Assembly: GCA_902386025.1 (NCBI GenBank) | Contig: CABMHR010000001.1 | Location: 177,108-241,107 of the forward strand | From: an uncultured archaeon | Lineage (GTDB): Archaea; Nanobdellota; Nanobdellia; Pacearchaeales; GW2011-AR1 | Length of the DNA: 64,000 nucleotides | Direction of reading: 5' to 3' | In this document: piece after piece, positions 19,075 through 28,525 of the stretch | How the letters are laid out: each line of letters starts with the position of its first letter | How positions within the stretch are numbered: position 1 is the first letter of the stretch | Program-made: the position numbers and the translations under genes | Notes under the pieces: generated by a model | What the model was told of the DNA's origin: nothing | Databases searched by the model: none | Seen by the model: the letters and a program-made list of their open reading frames with translations, nothing else

Positions 19075-20006
19075 AGCAGGCAGTCTCCGGCATTATTTAT
19101 TTCAGTTATAGCATCTGCTTCTGTCTTGACAATTCCCAATTCAGAAGAGCTTGTTAAATCTCCTGCAAGCTGGCTTAATTCATCCAAACTTCCTCCTGCA
19201 TTGTTGTCACATCCTTCTTTCTGGATAAGCATCCCTTTGTCTTTATACAGCAGAGAAATTTCTTCTAATCTAAGCATTAATCTTTTTATCTGGCATTCAT
19301 ATGCATCTTTGTCTGAAAATATTGCAGCATACATCAATGCGCTTGTCCCTTCTCCTGTTTCAGCAAAATACATAATTTTTCCGTCTTTCTCAACAGATTC
19401 AGAAGACAAGTCAACATTTATGTCGCAGTTTTCATTGTTGAAGCATATTCTTATTCCATTCTGGGCGCAGTTGTCTATAAGCAGATTGCTCTGGTTTAAA
19501 TTGAATATTTCCTGGCTTATCTCTTCAGGAGCGTCGACAAAGCAGTAGCTTTTTTTTGAAGAAGTCATGTAAATCAAGTCTGCAATTTTGAATGGGAAAT
19601 CAAAGGGTTTTGAGAAAATGTAAAATGTTTTTCCTTCTGTTTCATTGTCTGAGAAAATATATTTGTTTTCAAAAAAAATGTTCACGTCGGTTTTTACCCA
19701 TTTGTTGAAGCTTTTTTGCTCCAGTTGTATTCCCTGCTTCCCAAAATTCCCCGCACTGTCGCAGATGTTATGAATTCTTGTCTCTGTTGGGATTGTTATG
19801 GAAGTTGTCTGCGCTGTTTCGTAGCTTGTTTCCAGAGGATTTAACAAAGCATCTATTTCCTTTCCTGTCTTAGCGCTTACTGTTTCCTGCCCAGAATTAA
19901 TTAATTTTGAACTGAAATAAATAGCAAGAAAAATTATGACAATTCCCGCAATAAGAGCAAACAGCCAGCCAAAAGAAATTTCAAGCGCCCCTTTTTTTTC
20001 TTTCAT
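19068..20006 (-). CDS. Type IV pilin-like protein
   Basis: MKEKKGALEISFGWLFALIAGIVIIFLAIY. Confidence 0.55.
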   Translation of the reverse strand: MKEKKGALEISFGWLFALIAGIVIIFLAIYFSSKLINSGQETVSAKTGKEIDALLNPLETSYETAQTTSITIPTETRIHNICDSAGNFGKQGIQLEQKSFNKWVKTDVNIFFENKYIFSDNETEGKTFYIFSKPFDFPFKIADLIYMTSSKKSYCFVDAPEEISQEIFNLNQSNLLIDNCAQNGIRICFNNENCDINVDLSSESVEKDGKIMYFAETGEGTSALMYAAIFSDKDAYECQIKRLMLRLEEISLLYKDKGMLIQKEGCDNNAGGSLDELSQLAGDLTSSSELGIVKTEADAITEINNAGDCLLW

Positions 20007-20110
20007 AAATAAAAATACCGAATATAACTTATAAATTTTCCTAATATTTTTTTCTTTCTTATTCTCTTGCCCCTTTCTATCATTGTAGGTTCTTTTTTAA
20101 AAGAACCTCA

Positions 20111-20593
20111 TTATCTTGTAATAGTTACTAATGTCTCCCCGTAATTTTTTACAATATTCATGCTTATTTTTCCCTTGACATTCTGGATGCAGAATGGATT
20201 TTCATCTTTGATTGTTTTTGCAATATCAATATTTTCAATTTTCTTTCCTGCAATTATGCTTTTGGAGGTGAATTTCATATTTTCAAACTCATCATTCTGA
20301 AAACATACAGAACTAATCTTTGTGGGCAGAGAATATTTCACGCTTTGGCTTCCTTCGCTGCTCTTCCACATTTTGTTTACATCTTCCTGAAAATTTTGCG
20401 AGAAGGTTTGTATCTGCACATCCTGCTGCATATTCAAAAATTTTGTTATAGCATAAAATCCAAAGACAAGAAAAACAATTATAAGAATAATGGAAAAAAT
20501 CATTCCGAATGATAAATTCATCTGTGCCGAGCGATTTCGCGGAATTAAGGCACGTGTTATGCAAGCGGGTTCGCGAGTTTTCTTATCCATCAT
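20111..20593 (-). CDS. Type IV pilin-like protein with leader insert
   Basis: MMDKK[TREPACITRALIPRNRS]AQMNLSFGMIFSIILIIVF. Confidence 0.55.
   Translation of the reverse strand: MMDKKTREPACITRALIPRNRSAQMNLSFGMIFSIILIIVFLVFGFYAITKFLNMQQDVQIQTFSQNFQEDVNKMWKSSEGSQSVKYSLPTKISSVCFQNDEFENMKFTSKSIIAGKKIENIDIAKTIKDENPFCIQNVKGKISMNIVKNYGETLVTITR
20528..20578 (-). repeat. 51-nt GC-rich in-frame element copy
   Basis: Sense strand is actcgcgaacccgcttgcataacacgtgccttaattccgcgaaatcgctcg. Confidence 0.85.
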
Positions 20594-20732
20594 TAAAAAT
20601 GCCGAATATAACTTATAAATTTATCGAGACAATCCTTTATTACTATTTTTTATTATCAACATCTTTTGAAGACAATCAATCATACCTGCTCGTAACCTCT
20701 CGCAGATTTTTGTTAAATTTTATACACAGAAG

Positions 20733-21083
20733 TTAAATCCAATAACATCTCGTGGCAACCATAAAAATCTCATGCTGTTTAAATCTTCTTTTTAATGTCT
20801 CTTTATATTCTTTTAATTCCTTTATCTTTGCAACATTGCAGATAGTCATCTTATCTTCTGAATCAATTAAGATAGTATAAACAACTGTTTTATCATTATA
20901 TCTCTTTTTGTTATTTGGATTTATCCAAGAACCAATTATAGGGGTGTTGGTTGTATTTATCCCACCTGCCATTTTTAATAATTCTTCATAAGTATCAAAG
21001 AAAGATTCCTCTGGAATTTTCCCTCCCCCGTCTTCAAGGTTAAAATTAATAGGTAATTGTATATCTACTTTAAAATGAGTCAT
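20733..21083 (-). CDS. Hypothetical protein
   Basis: 116-aa ORF. Confidence 0.3.
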   Translation of the reverse strand: MTHFKVDIQLPINFNLEDGGGKIPEESFFDTYEELLKMAGGINTTNTPIIGSWINPNNKKRYNDKTVVYTILIDSEDKMTICNVAKIKELKEYKETLKRRFKQHEIFMVATRCYWI

Positions 21084-21313
21084 TATTCTTCTTGATTTAT
21101 CGGTAATTCAGTAAAAGAAATATTATTATCACTCAAAATTCTAAGAAATCTTTTTTCTACAATAAACTCGTCCTGTTTGTCTGAGTAAGTATTTCCATTA
21201 GTCATTAACAGATAAAATCCCTTTATTTTATTCTCTCTTGAATGATTAATTTTTATTCTTACATAAATATGTTCATTTTCATTGTTAACACAAGAACAAA
21301 TTTCATCAGGCAT
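21083..21313 (-). CDS. Hypothetical protein
   Basis: 76-aa ORF. Confidence 0.25.
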   Translation of the reverse strand: MPDEICSCVNNENEHIYVRIKINHSRENKIKGFYLLMTNGNTYSDKQDEFIVEKRFLRILSDNNISFTELPINQEE

Positions 21314-21383
21314 ATTTTTTAAACCTCTTTTTTAATATAAAGATATGTATAATAAACTATATATTCTTTTTGGATTTTTCTAA

Positions 21384-24300
21384 TTAGTAAGAACTGACAG
21401 GCCTTGCAATCAAGCTGCATTCAGCAGGAGATGGCTGGTTTCCAAATTCATCCTTGCACTTTATGTAGAATATGCTGTTAATATTCCAGTCTGTTGAATG
21501 AGCTAAATTATCTGCGGTTGTCATCTTTAGCCCGTCTTTAAAGTCATATCCGCAGTTGGTTGTGTCATAAACGCAGTCTGCTTTCTCGTTTGTTGTAATT
21601 TTCAGCTGATTGACGTCGTTGTAAACTCTTGTAACTATGGGGGCAGTTGTATCTGTCTTGACTGTAAATGTTGTTGCTTGTGTCTGGCAGTTTAATCCGC
21701 TGTCACAGCATTTTATTGAATAAGTATAAGTTCCTGAATCCAGCCATAAATCCTGTGAATGCTGATAAGAATCTGTGTTGGCAAATTTGGCGTAAATTGT
21801 TTCTGATGATTCTTTGAAGAAGCAGGCTGCTTCTCCGTTTTGATATCCTGCAGAAGTTACTGCTTCTAACTTAACGTGGACGCTTTGAGTTGAATCTTTT
21901 ATTGTTGTTCCGTCTAAAGGAGCAATGCTGTTAATTACTAAATCTCTTGTTCCGATTAGCTTGTAAACATAAGATTGTGTCATTGCTGTTCTTTCTGATT
22001 CTTTGTCTGTTCCCTGCTTTGAAGGATAGCTCTTGCATCTAAAGTAAAAGTTATTTTCAACTTCATCTCTTATTCCTGTTAATGTAGTTGTGCATTTGTA
22101 GAGCATATTTGCGCTTATTTCTGTGCTTTCCTGTGCGCAAGTCATTGTATTAGTCATTGCATCATAACTCTCGTCGTTGTGGCTCCATTTGCAGTCTGAT
22201 GGCTTGTCTGTATAAACATCAACTGATTTTGAAGTAACTCCTTTTTGTGTTGGCGCTCCGTTGGATGGGTTTGTCAGTTCAACAGAAGGGGCAGTTGTAT
22301 CTGGCTGGCTCTGGACGCAGTATTTGAATACAAATGTTCCGGCAGTTGAAACTCCATTCTTGCTCTGGCATCTTACATAAGTTTCATAATTTCCTCCATT
22401 TTCTATTTGAACTCCCTCGTCGCTTAACTCGCTTGTTCCTGGATGGAATGAAAGGATGCTGTGATTTTCTATGAAATGTCCTTGGCTGATTAATCCGGGA
22501 TTTGTCATACTGTCAAAAGTGCTTTTTCTGACAGTGTCAATTCTGCATTGTCCTGGCTTGTCTAAATTTATTCCGTAAGTTATTTTTTGGAATGGAAGTG
22601 CGCATCCGTCGCTGGTTTCTGTGTTGATTATTTTCACTCCCTTGTCAGATGCAGATGTTGTTGCAGGCTCGTATTTGAATCCTTCCTGCAATGCTCCTTC
22701 CCATGCAGACATTGTAGGAGGTGTGACATCATTTCTATTATTGAAATAACATTTCTCTTCGCTTGTTCCTTCATTCAGCAATTCACAATTCTGCCCCAAG
22801 CTCTCGCATTTGTATTTTGTGCAGGGCAATTGTCCTGTATTGCATTTCTCGCAGTTTGCTCCGCCTGTTGCAGGCTGCCACGAGTTGCAGGTATATTGAA
22901 CTGCTACAACTTCTCTTTCTCTGTGAAATATTACAAAGAGGATAGCAGAAATTCCAAGTCCAATCAATCCTCCTACAAATCCTGTAAATAAGAAAGTAGT
23001 ATCTTTTCCAATAACACCCAATCCAAATAATAATGTTTCAATTGCAGAACCTGCTGCATATCCTATTCCTAATACAATTCCTGCATCACTCCATGCCTGA
23101 GGATCTGGATTTCCAGGGATAGTGCTTATTCCCCATAATCCTGCCCAAAGTCCAACAGCAATAACAGAATTTCCAACTATCGCCCATATTCCTCCGTTGT
23201 TAAATATATTGCTTAAAAAATTTGGTGCTTCATCTTGAGTGTATCCCTTATATCCTGTTCCAGGAGATGCACTATTTGGATTTGTATTCCCTTGTTGTTG
23301 TGAAGTTAAATCAGTTACAGCTGTTTTCGCTTTTCCATACACATCTAAATAACCCCCTGCTAAACTAGCCATATCAACAGCTGATGGGGTGCTGGATGGT
23401 TCTTTTGATGTTTCCTTTTCCCCTATCAAGTCTAATTTATCACAACAAACACCATTTCCATTTAACTCTATAAATCCTGTTCTAACATTACAAGAAGTTC
23501 TAGTAGTCCCATATTTTGCATTTAAATCAACACACTTATTTTTATCTACGCAACTTGCTCCAGAATTGCATTTTTTATTTGCCTCTTCATTATTGTTTGT
23601 TCCAGTTCCAGTGGTTGCTGTTCTTGGATTTATTGTTAAAGTAAAAGATTTTGTATCTGTTCCTTTAATTTTTTGGCTTCCCCCCCCTGCAGAACAATAT
23701 GCTTTTGCAGTTACAGAGAAACTTGTAGAGCCTGCATTTTTTACTCCCCCCAATGAATAAAATTCCCCACTAAATTGATTATAGTCTATATTATGGCCTG
23801 CACTTCCAATAGTGCTTGCTGCGTTTGAAACTTCCCAATGAACTTCGCACCCGCTTAAACTATATATAGACTTTATATTTGTGGTTAATGTAAAAAGAGT
23901 ATCTTTTTGTCCAACAGTTACAGAAGGTGAAGCAGAATTTATAGCAAATGATGTTGATGAAGTTGTTGATGCTTCTGGGTTAATTATTGTTAAAGCAAAA
24001 GTTTTTGGATTTGATACATATAATGGATTATTCCCTTCACTTATTTGTGTTTGAACTTTAAAAGTATATGTTCCTGCTGTTGTTGGTGTCCCAGAAAGAA
24101 TCCCCGTTTCTGTATTAAAAGATAATCCTGGGATTATTAATTGAAAATTCTCTGGAGTCATTATTTTCCATTCATAATAAGCAAGAGAGGGTTTATACTT
24201 TGTTCCATAATTTACACTAAGTTGAAGAGAATATCCTGATTTACCTGCTTCCCATATTAATTGTGAATCTGTTACATCGTTTATGTCTATGGATGAGGCA

Positions 24301-24440
24301 GTAGCACTCACGATTTTGAATTCATTCCCAAGAAGATAAGCGAAAGCAGCGATGCTGACAACTAAGATAAAGATTTCAAATATTGACATTCCTTTTTCTG
24401 CTTTCCTCTTCAGCGAACTTTTGTTTTTTATTTTATCCAT
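21384..24440 (-). CDS. Giant pilin-like surface protein: N-terminal signal/TM, He_PIG-like Ig domain, central multi-TM segment, Cys-rich C-terminal domains
   Basis: KAEKG|MSIFEIFILVVSIAAF. LSGTPTTAGTYTFKV is a He_PIG-like motif. Residues ~420-500 are strongly hydrophobic. There are many Cys residues. Confidence 0.55.
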   Translation of the reverse strand: MDKIKNKSSLKRKAEKGMSIFEIFILVVSIAAFAYLLGNEFKIVSATASSIDINDVTDSQLIWEAGKSGYSLQLSVNYGTKYKPSLAYYEWKIMTPENFQLIIPGLSFNTETGILSGTPTTAGTYTFKVQTQISEGNNPLYVSNPKTFALTIINPEASTTSSTSFAINSASPSVTVGQKDTLFTLTTNIKSIYSLSGCEVHWEVSNAASTIGSAGHNIDYNQFSGEFYSLGGVKNAGSTSFSVTAKAYCSAGGGSQKIKGTDTKSFTLTINPRTATTGTGTNNNEEANKKCNSGASCVDKNKCVDLNAKYGTTRTSCNVRTGFIELNGNGVCCDKLDLIGEKETSKEPSSTPSAVDMASLAGGYLDVYGKAKTAVTDLTSQQQGNTNPNSASPGTGYKGYTQDEAPNFLSNIFNNGGIWAIVGNSVIAVGLWAGLWGISTIPGNPDPQAWSDAGIVLGIGYAAGSAIETLLFGLGVIGKDTTFLFTGFVGGLIGLGISAILFVIFHREREVVAVQYTCNSWQPATGGANCEKCNTGQLPCTKYKCESLGQNCELLNEGTSEEKCYFNNRNDVTPPTMSAWEGALQEGFKYEPATTSASDKGVKIINTETSDGCALPFQKITYGINLDKPGQCRIDTVRKSTFDSMTNPGLISQGHFIENHSILSFHPGTSELSDEGVQIENGGNYETYVRCQSKNGVSTAGTFVFKYCVQSQPDTTAPSVELTNPSNGAPTQKGVTSKSVDVYTDKPSDCKWSHNDESYDAMTNTMTCAQESTEISANMLYKCTTTLTGIRDEVENNFYFRCKSYPSKQGTDKESERTAMTQSYVYKLIGTRDLVINSIAPLDGTTIKDSTQSVHVKLEAVTSAGYQNGEAACFFKESSETIYAKFANTDSYQHSQDLWLDSGTYTYSIKCCDSGLNCQTQATTFTVKTDTTAPIVTRVYNDVNQLKITTNEKADCVYDTTNCGYDFKDGLKMTTADNLAHSTDWNINSIFYIKCKDEFGNQPSPAECSLIARPVSSY

Positions 24441-24452
24441 TTTCCTGTATTT

Positions 24453-26060
24453 TTATGCAGTTCCTGTGCTCAAGTTTGTTTTTGTTATGCTTTCCTGAAC
24501 ATTCCCCTTTGCTCCTGCATAATTTGTTTTGTCTCCGCAGTCTCCTAATTTAGTGCAGATGCTGTTCATCTTGCTTGCCCAGGTTTTTCCTCCGTCGTAA
24601 TTTCCATTTGCGTCATTTACGCAAGAGCAGTTATTTCCATTCCACCATAAATTATTGAGATCAGGCCCTTCGCATACATAGTTGGAGTTTATTATATCCT
24701 TCTTCATCTGAACATAGCATAAAGTATTCGCCAGCTGACAGGAATCTATTGCATCTGTTGTTCCGTCTCTTGCAAATCCTGGCTGGATTTTTGGAACGCA
24801 CAATCCTGCAGAGCTTGAATTGACAAGCTTTCCTTCTTCAACCGAATAAGAATATCCGCTGCTTGCTATCCAAGAGCAGTCTCTTACATTGACATCATTG
24901 CAGTCTTCTTCTTTTGTTTGAAGTATGCAGTCCTGCCAGACATTTGCCCTGCAGTTTGCAGACATAAAAGGGCTGTCTGTTGTTCCTATGTCTGATTCAG
25001 AGCAGACTTTCTGCCTTGTGGAATCGCATTCTTCCATTGTAACTTCTCCATTATAGCACATCATTCTGAAAGAAGTTGAACCAGGAGAATTTTCATTCCC
25101 TGCCTTCGCATCTGTTGCACACCAAGTCTCTCCGTGTTTTGGCTTTCCTGTTCCGCTGTAAATTCCATTGTAGCTGCTGCAGTCAAGGCTTCTGCATAAA
25201 TTATTTCCCACACTCACAGATTCTCCTGCTTTTTTTGTCTGACACATGCTTCCAGAATAATAATCGCAGTCTCCGCAGGTTGCAGAATTTTTATTTCCGG
25301 GATTGCTTGCAGCAGTGCAGTCTGGCTTTTGTATTGTTGTCCAATAAGGAACACTGTCTTTTTTGCTCGCATCATAAATATTTGCAAGATTTCCGCAGGT
25401 ATCTGTAAAATAAACATCATCTCCGCTGCATATTGTGTTTGCACTCTTTGCGCATATTGTTCCAAGTTCAGGCGCACTGCATAAAAATCCCTCGTGGAAA
25501 GATACATCTGACAATGTTTTTGCATTATTCTGGCAGTTTTCTTTTGTTGTCATCTCGCAGGTTTTTGCAGAAGTTTTTGCATCAGTATAAACACACGCCC
25601 CCTTTGCATTTGGGTTCGCGCTTGCGAGGCAGGTTAATTCATCATTTATATTCGCATTCCAGTTAATTGTTAATCCGTATGTTGAAGCCATCCTGTTGCA
25701 CGCAATCTGTGTTACAAATGCAACCTGATCTCCGAGAAGACAGCATCCCAAACTGCACTGGGATAAATCGCTTTCTGATTTATCGCTCCATATTCCTCCG
25801 TTGTTTGTGCAGACGCTTTCTGTTGAAGCAATGCAGGTTCCTTCCTTCTGGTTGATGCAGGTTCCTGTTTTGCAGTATGAAGTTGATTCGCATCCGGCAG
25901 AAATTGCATTATACGACGGATTGCATTCTGATTTTGAACTTTCTTCCTGGCACCATGCTCCAGAATTTGTTTTTTCACAGCAGTAATTTGCAGAACTTGC
26001 AATTCCAATTAAAAAAATTCCTAAAATTAAAAACGAATAAATTATTTTTCCTCTTTTCAT
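24453..26060 (-). CDS. Cys-rich secreted protein
   Basis: Signal MKRGKIIYSFLILGIFLIGIASSA, then a large number of Cys residues. Start trimmed to the internal Met. Confidence 0.5.
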   Translation of the reverse strand: MKRGKIIYSFLILGIFLIGIASSANYCCEKTNSGAWCQEESSKSECNPSYNAISAGCESTSYCKTGTCINQKEGTCIASTESVCTNNGGIWSDKSESDLSQCSLGCCLLGDQVAFVTQIACNRMASTYGLTINWNANINDELTCLASANPNAKGACVYTDAKTSAKTCEMTTKENCQNNAKTLSDVSFHEGFLCSAPELGTICAKSANTICSGDDVYFTDTCGNLANIYDASKKDSVPYWTTIQKPDCTAASNPGNKNSATCGDCDYYSGSMCQTKKAGESVSVGNNLCRSLDCSSYNGIYSGTGKPKHGETWCATDAKAGNENSPGSTSFRMMCYNGEVTMEECDSTRQKVCSESDIGTTDSPFMSANCRANVWQDCILQTKEEDCNDVNVRDCSWIASSGYSYSVEEGKLVNSSSAGLCVPKIQPGFARDGTTDAIDSCQLANTLCYVQMKKDIINSNYVCEGPDLNNLWWNGNNCSCVNDANGNYDGGKTWASKMNSICTKLGDCGDKTNYAGAKGNVQESITKTNLSTGTA

Positions 26061-26061
26061 T

Positions 26062-26850
26062 TTATGATGTTGCATATCCCGCAGCCCATATCTGGCTCTT
26101 TGATGCAAATTCAAATTTATTTCCTGTATTTCTGTCTGTTATTGAATATATTTTCTCTCCGCTGTCTCTCAAATCTTTTTCAACTTTCAAATCGTGGTAA
26201 TACGCCATATAAGTTGTTACTTCTGCATCTCCGTAGGCAACTTCCCACTGCAGTATGCTATTAGCTATTGCAACTAATTCATAAAGATTATTGTTCAGAA
26301 TTACAACAAATGAATCATATTTCTGCGTGTCTCCTTTTGTCAATGTCAGTGAGTAATTGAATGTTGAGACAATTCTCTTCGGAAGAAGTTCAACTGATGT
26401 AGCTCCTGATTTCAAATCAACGCTGTATCCCTGACTTTCATAGCTGGATTTCATCGACGAGAAGCACGAATTAACTTCAGAAGAAATTGCATTTTTTATT
26501 TCTGATTCAATGTGCTGCTTCAGCATTGGCTGCTGGACAACGCAGAAAACTTTGTTTGTTGCCTTGAAATACTGGTTTGTGTAGCATAAAAATTCAACTT
26601 TATTGTTGTCTTTAAGAATAAAATTCTCTGGATTTAAACTTCCCCCCTGCAGCGATATCTTGGTTACTGCGTCGGTGATTCCTTTTTCAATGCAGGTTTG
26701 AATGTAAGACTGCGGAGTTTTTGCCTGTGCTCCGAAAGTTGTTTTAATCTGCGGATAAAAACTATAAATCAAAAAACCTGCAACAACAATTATTATTCCA
26801 ATAATAATAAATATAGTAATCTGCCCCTTTCTGTTCCACCTCTTGTTCAT
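26062..26850 (-). CDS. Archaeal type IV pilin (class III signal peptide)
   Basis: MNKRWNRKG|QITIFIIIGIIIVVAGFLIY, a canonical KG|Q site. Confidence 0.65.
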   Translation of the reverse strand: MNKRWNRKGQITIFIIIGIIIVVAGFLIYSFYPQIKTTFGAQAKTPQSYIQTCIEKGITDAVTKISLQGGSLNPENFILKDNNKVEFLCYTNQYFKATNKVFCVVQQPMLKQHIESEIKNAISSEVNSCFSSMKSSYESQGYSVDLKSGATSVELLPKRIVSTFNYSLTLTKGDTQKYDSFVVILNNNLYELVAIANSILQWEVAYGDAEVTTYMAYYHDLKVEKDLRDSGEKIYSITDRNTGNKFEFASKSQIWAAGYATS

Positions 26851-27057
26851 TCTATTTTTAAGATATCTTTATTTATAAACTTTAAGAATAAAAAGAATTT
26901 ATAGAAACGCATAAGCTGAAAGAGTTAAAAACTTGAGATATATAAAATAAGTATATACCCCCTAGGATTGACTTTGAGCAAACCTGGGTTTATCTTTAAA
27001 TATTTATTAAAGAAATTTTGTTTGGATAATTATACTTAAATAATCTTCTCATTTATA

Positions 27058-27540
27058 TTGTTTATGAGATTTGAGGTAGATTTAAGCGGATGTGATATTT
27101 TTATTGAAAATAGTGTTTTGGGACTTTCTAATTGTAAAGGGTTAATAAAAGGTTTTCAGATGAATAATAAGATTATTGGGGGTTTACAAACTAATTGGAA
27201 AGCAGGGAAATATTCGTGCAAATATTCAAAAAGGGGGTTGGGGTTTTTTAAGGCAATGGTTTATTCTTCAATAATTTGCGGGTTATTAGAATCTATCCAA
27301 GCGAAAGAAGTAGAATTAGAAATTTGCAGGGATCTTAGATTCCATGAGAATAACATTAGACAAAGATTAAATAAATTATTAAGAAAAAAGCTTGGAGTAA
27401 AAGTAAATTCAATTATTTTCAAATCTATGAAAGGGACTGATGTAGATAATTATGTTTATTTAATGTTTAAAGATAACTATAACTTGCTTCCAACATATGT
27501 TAATTTATCTTTATTGGACATAGAAAAATTCTTAATTTAA
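27058..27540 (+). CDS. Hypothetical protein (orphan, Cys-containing)
   Basis: 160-aa ORF in an intergenic island. Confidence 0.3.
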   Translation: MFMRFEVDLSGCDIFIENSVLGLSNCKGLIKGFQMNNKIIGGLQTNWKAGKYSCKYSKRGLGFFKAMVYSSIICGLLESIQAKEVELEICRDLRFHENNIRQRLNKLLRKKLGVKVNSIIFKSMKGTDVDNYVYLMFKDNYNLLPTYVNLSLLDIEKFLI

Positions 27541-27714
27541 CGCATTACGGGCTTTTTACACCGATTCCTAGTCCGCCTCCTATATCATTTTCGGCAAGCT
27601 CGCTAGCATTAATGCGATAAATCTCTTAAGAAAAAGACGTTTATAAATCTTTATCTTGATTAATTTAACCCCTTGCTTAGATTAGCAATCGCTTGTTGAG
27701 TAAATAATCTCGTG

Positions 27715-28440
27715 CTAATCTTCTGTTTCTACTCTCGGAGCCAGAAGAAAATTAAGCTCCATATGTTCTGTTTTCAAATCTATTCTAAGTGGATGGTCAT
27801 TTGCAAAATTCAAAATTGTTTTGTCGCAGATTTTCGCACCCTTCATAAATTTCTGCAGATATTCCAGGCTGTATTTTGATTTGCAGTCTTCTGCTTCAAT
27901 TTTTGCCTCATCTTTTGAAAATGCAGAGCGTGCAGAATTCAGCCCTCTTGATTCAATTATGAATCCCCCGTTGTTTATCACAAAAGAGCAGGCATCAGAA
28001 ACGACAGAGCAGTCTTCAATTGACGAAATTAAATCCATAGAAGATATCTCTACCATTGAGCTGTAATCCAAATTTGGCATTTCTTTTTCCTGTCCTTCAA
28101 CTTCAATTAGGTTCAGGCTGAAATTTCTTCTGATTCTGTCCTGAATCTGTATTTCAAGGCAGTTTTCTCTTTTTTCAAGAATCAAGGGGGTTCCTGTATT
28201 GCATCTTTTCAAAATTCTCTTTAAATTGTCAAGATTTATTCCAAGAACTTCATCTCCTGTTTCAAACTGAGAGAAAGCGCTTTTTGGAAGCCTGAATCTT
28301 ACCATTGCGACATTTGCAGGGTCTATTGCAGTAATGCTCATTCCAAATTCGCTGATTTTGATTCTTACTTCTGTCACTAATTCTGATATAACCTCTATCA
28401 CCCTTGAAAGCAGACTTGGGTCCTCTAATTTCACTAGCAT
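27715..28440 (-). CDS. pcn: DNA polymerase sliding clamp PCNA
   Basis: Length and pattern are typical of archaeal PCNA (MLVKLEDPSLL...). Confidence 0.75.
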   Translation of the reverse strand: MLVKLEDPSLLSRVIEVISELVTEVRIKISEFGMSITAIDPANVAMVRFRLPKSAFSQFETGDEVLGINLDNLKRILKRCNTGTPLILEKRENCLEIQIQDRIRRNFSLNLIEVEGQEKEMPNLDYSSMVEISSMDLISSIEDCSVVSDACSFVINNGGFIIESRGLNSARSAFSKDEAKIEAEDCKSKYSLEYLQKFMKGAKICDKTILNFANDHPLRIDLKTEHMELNFLLAPRVETED

Positions 28441-28525
28441 GTTTATGGGAATATTGCCTCTCTTTTAAGTATTGCTATTTTTGAGTATAGGTTATTTATT
28501 TAAACTTTTCATATTTCTCCCTTTT

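Noticed and set aside
18737-19093. ORFs 18737..19093 and 20313..20564 (minus strand) encoding ...RLRLHDTCLNTAKSL...
   Set aside because: They are the +2 reading frame through the GC-rich repeated element inside the pilin genes. They exist only because the repeat lacks stops in that frame.
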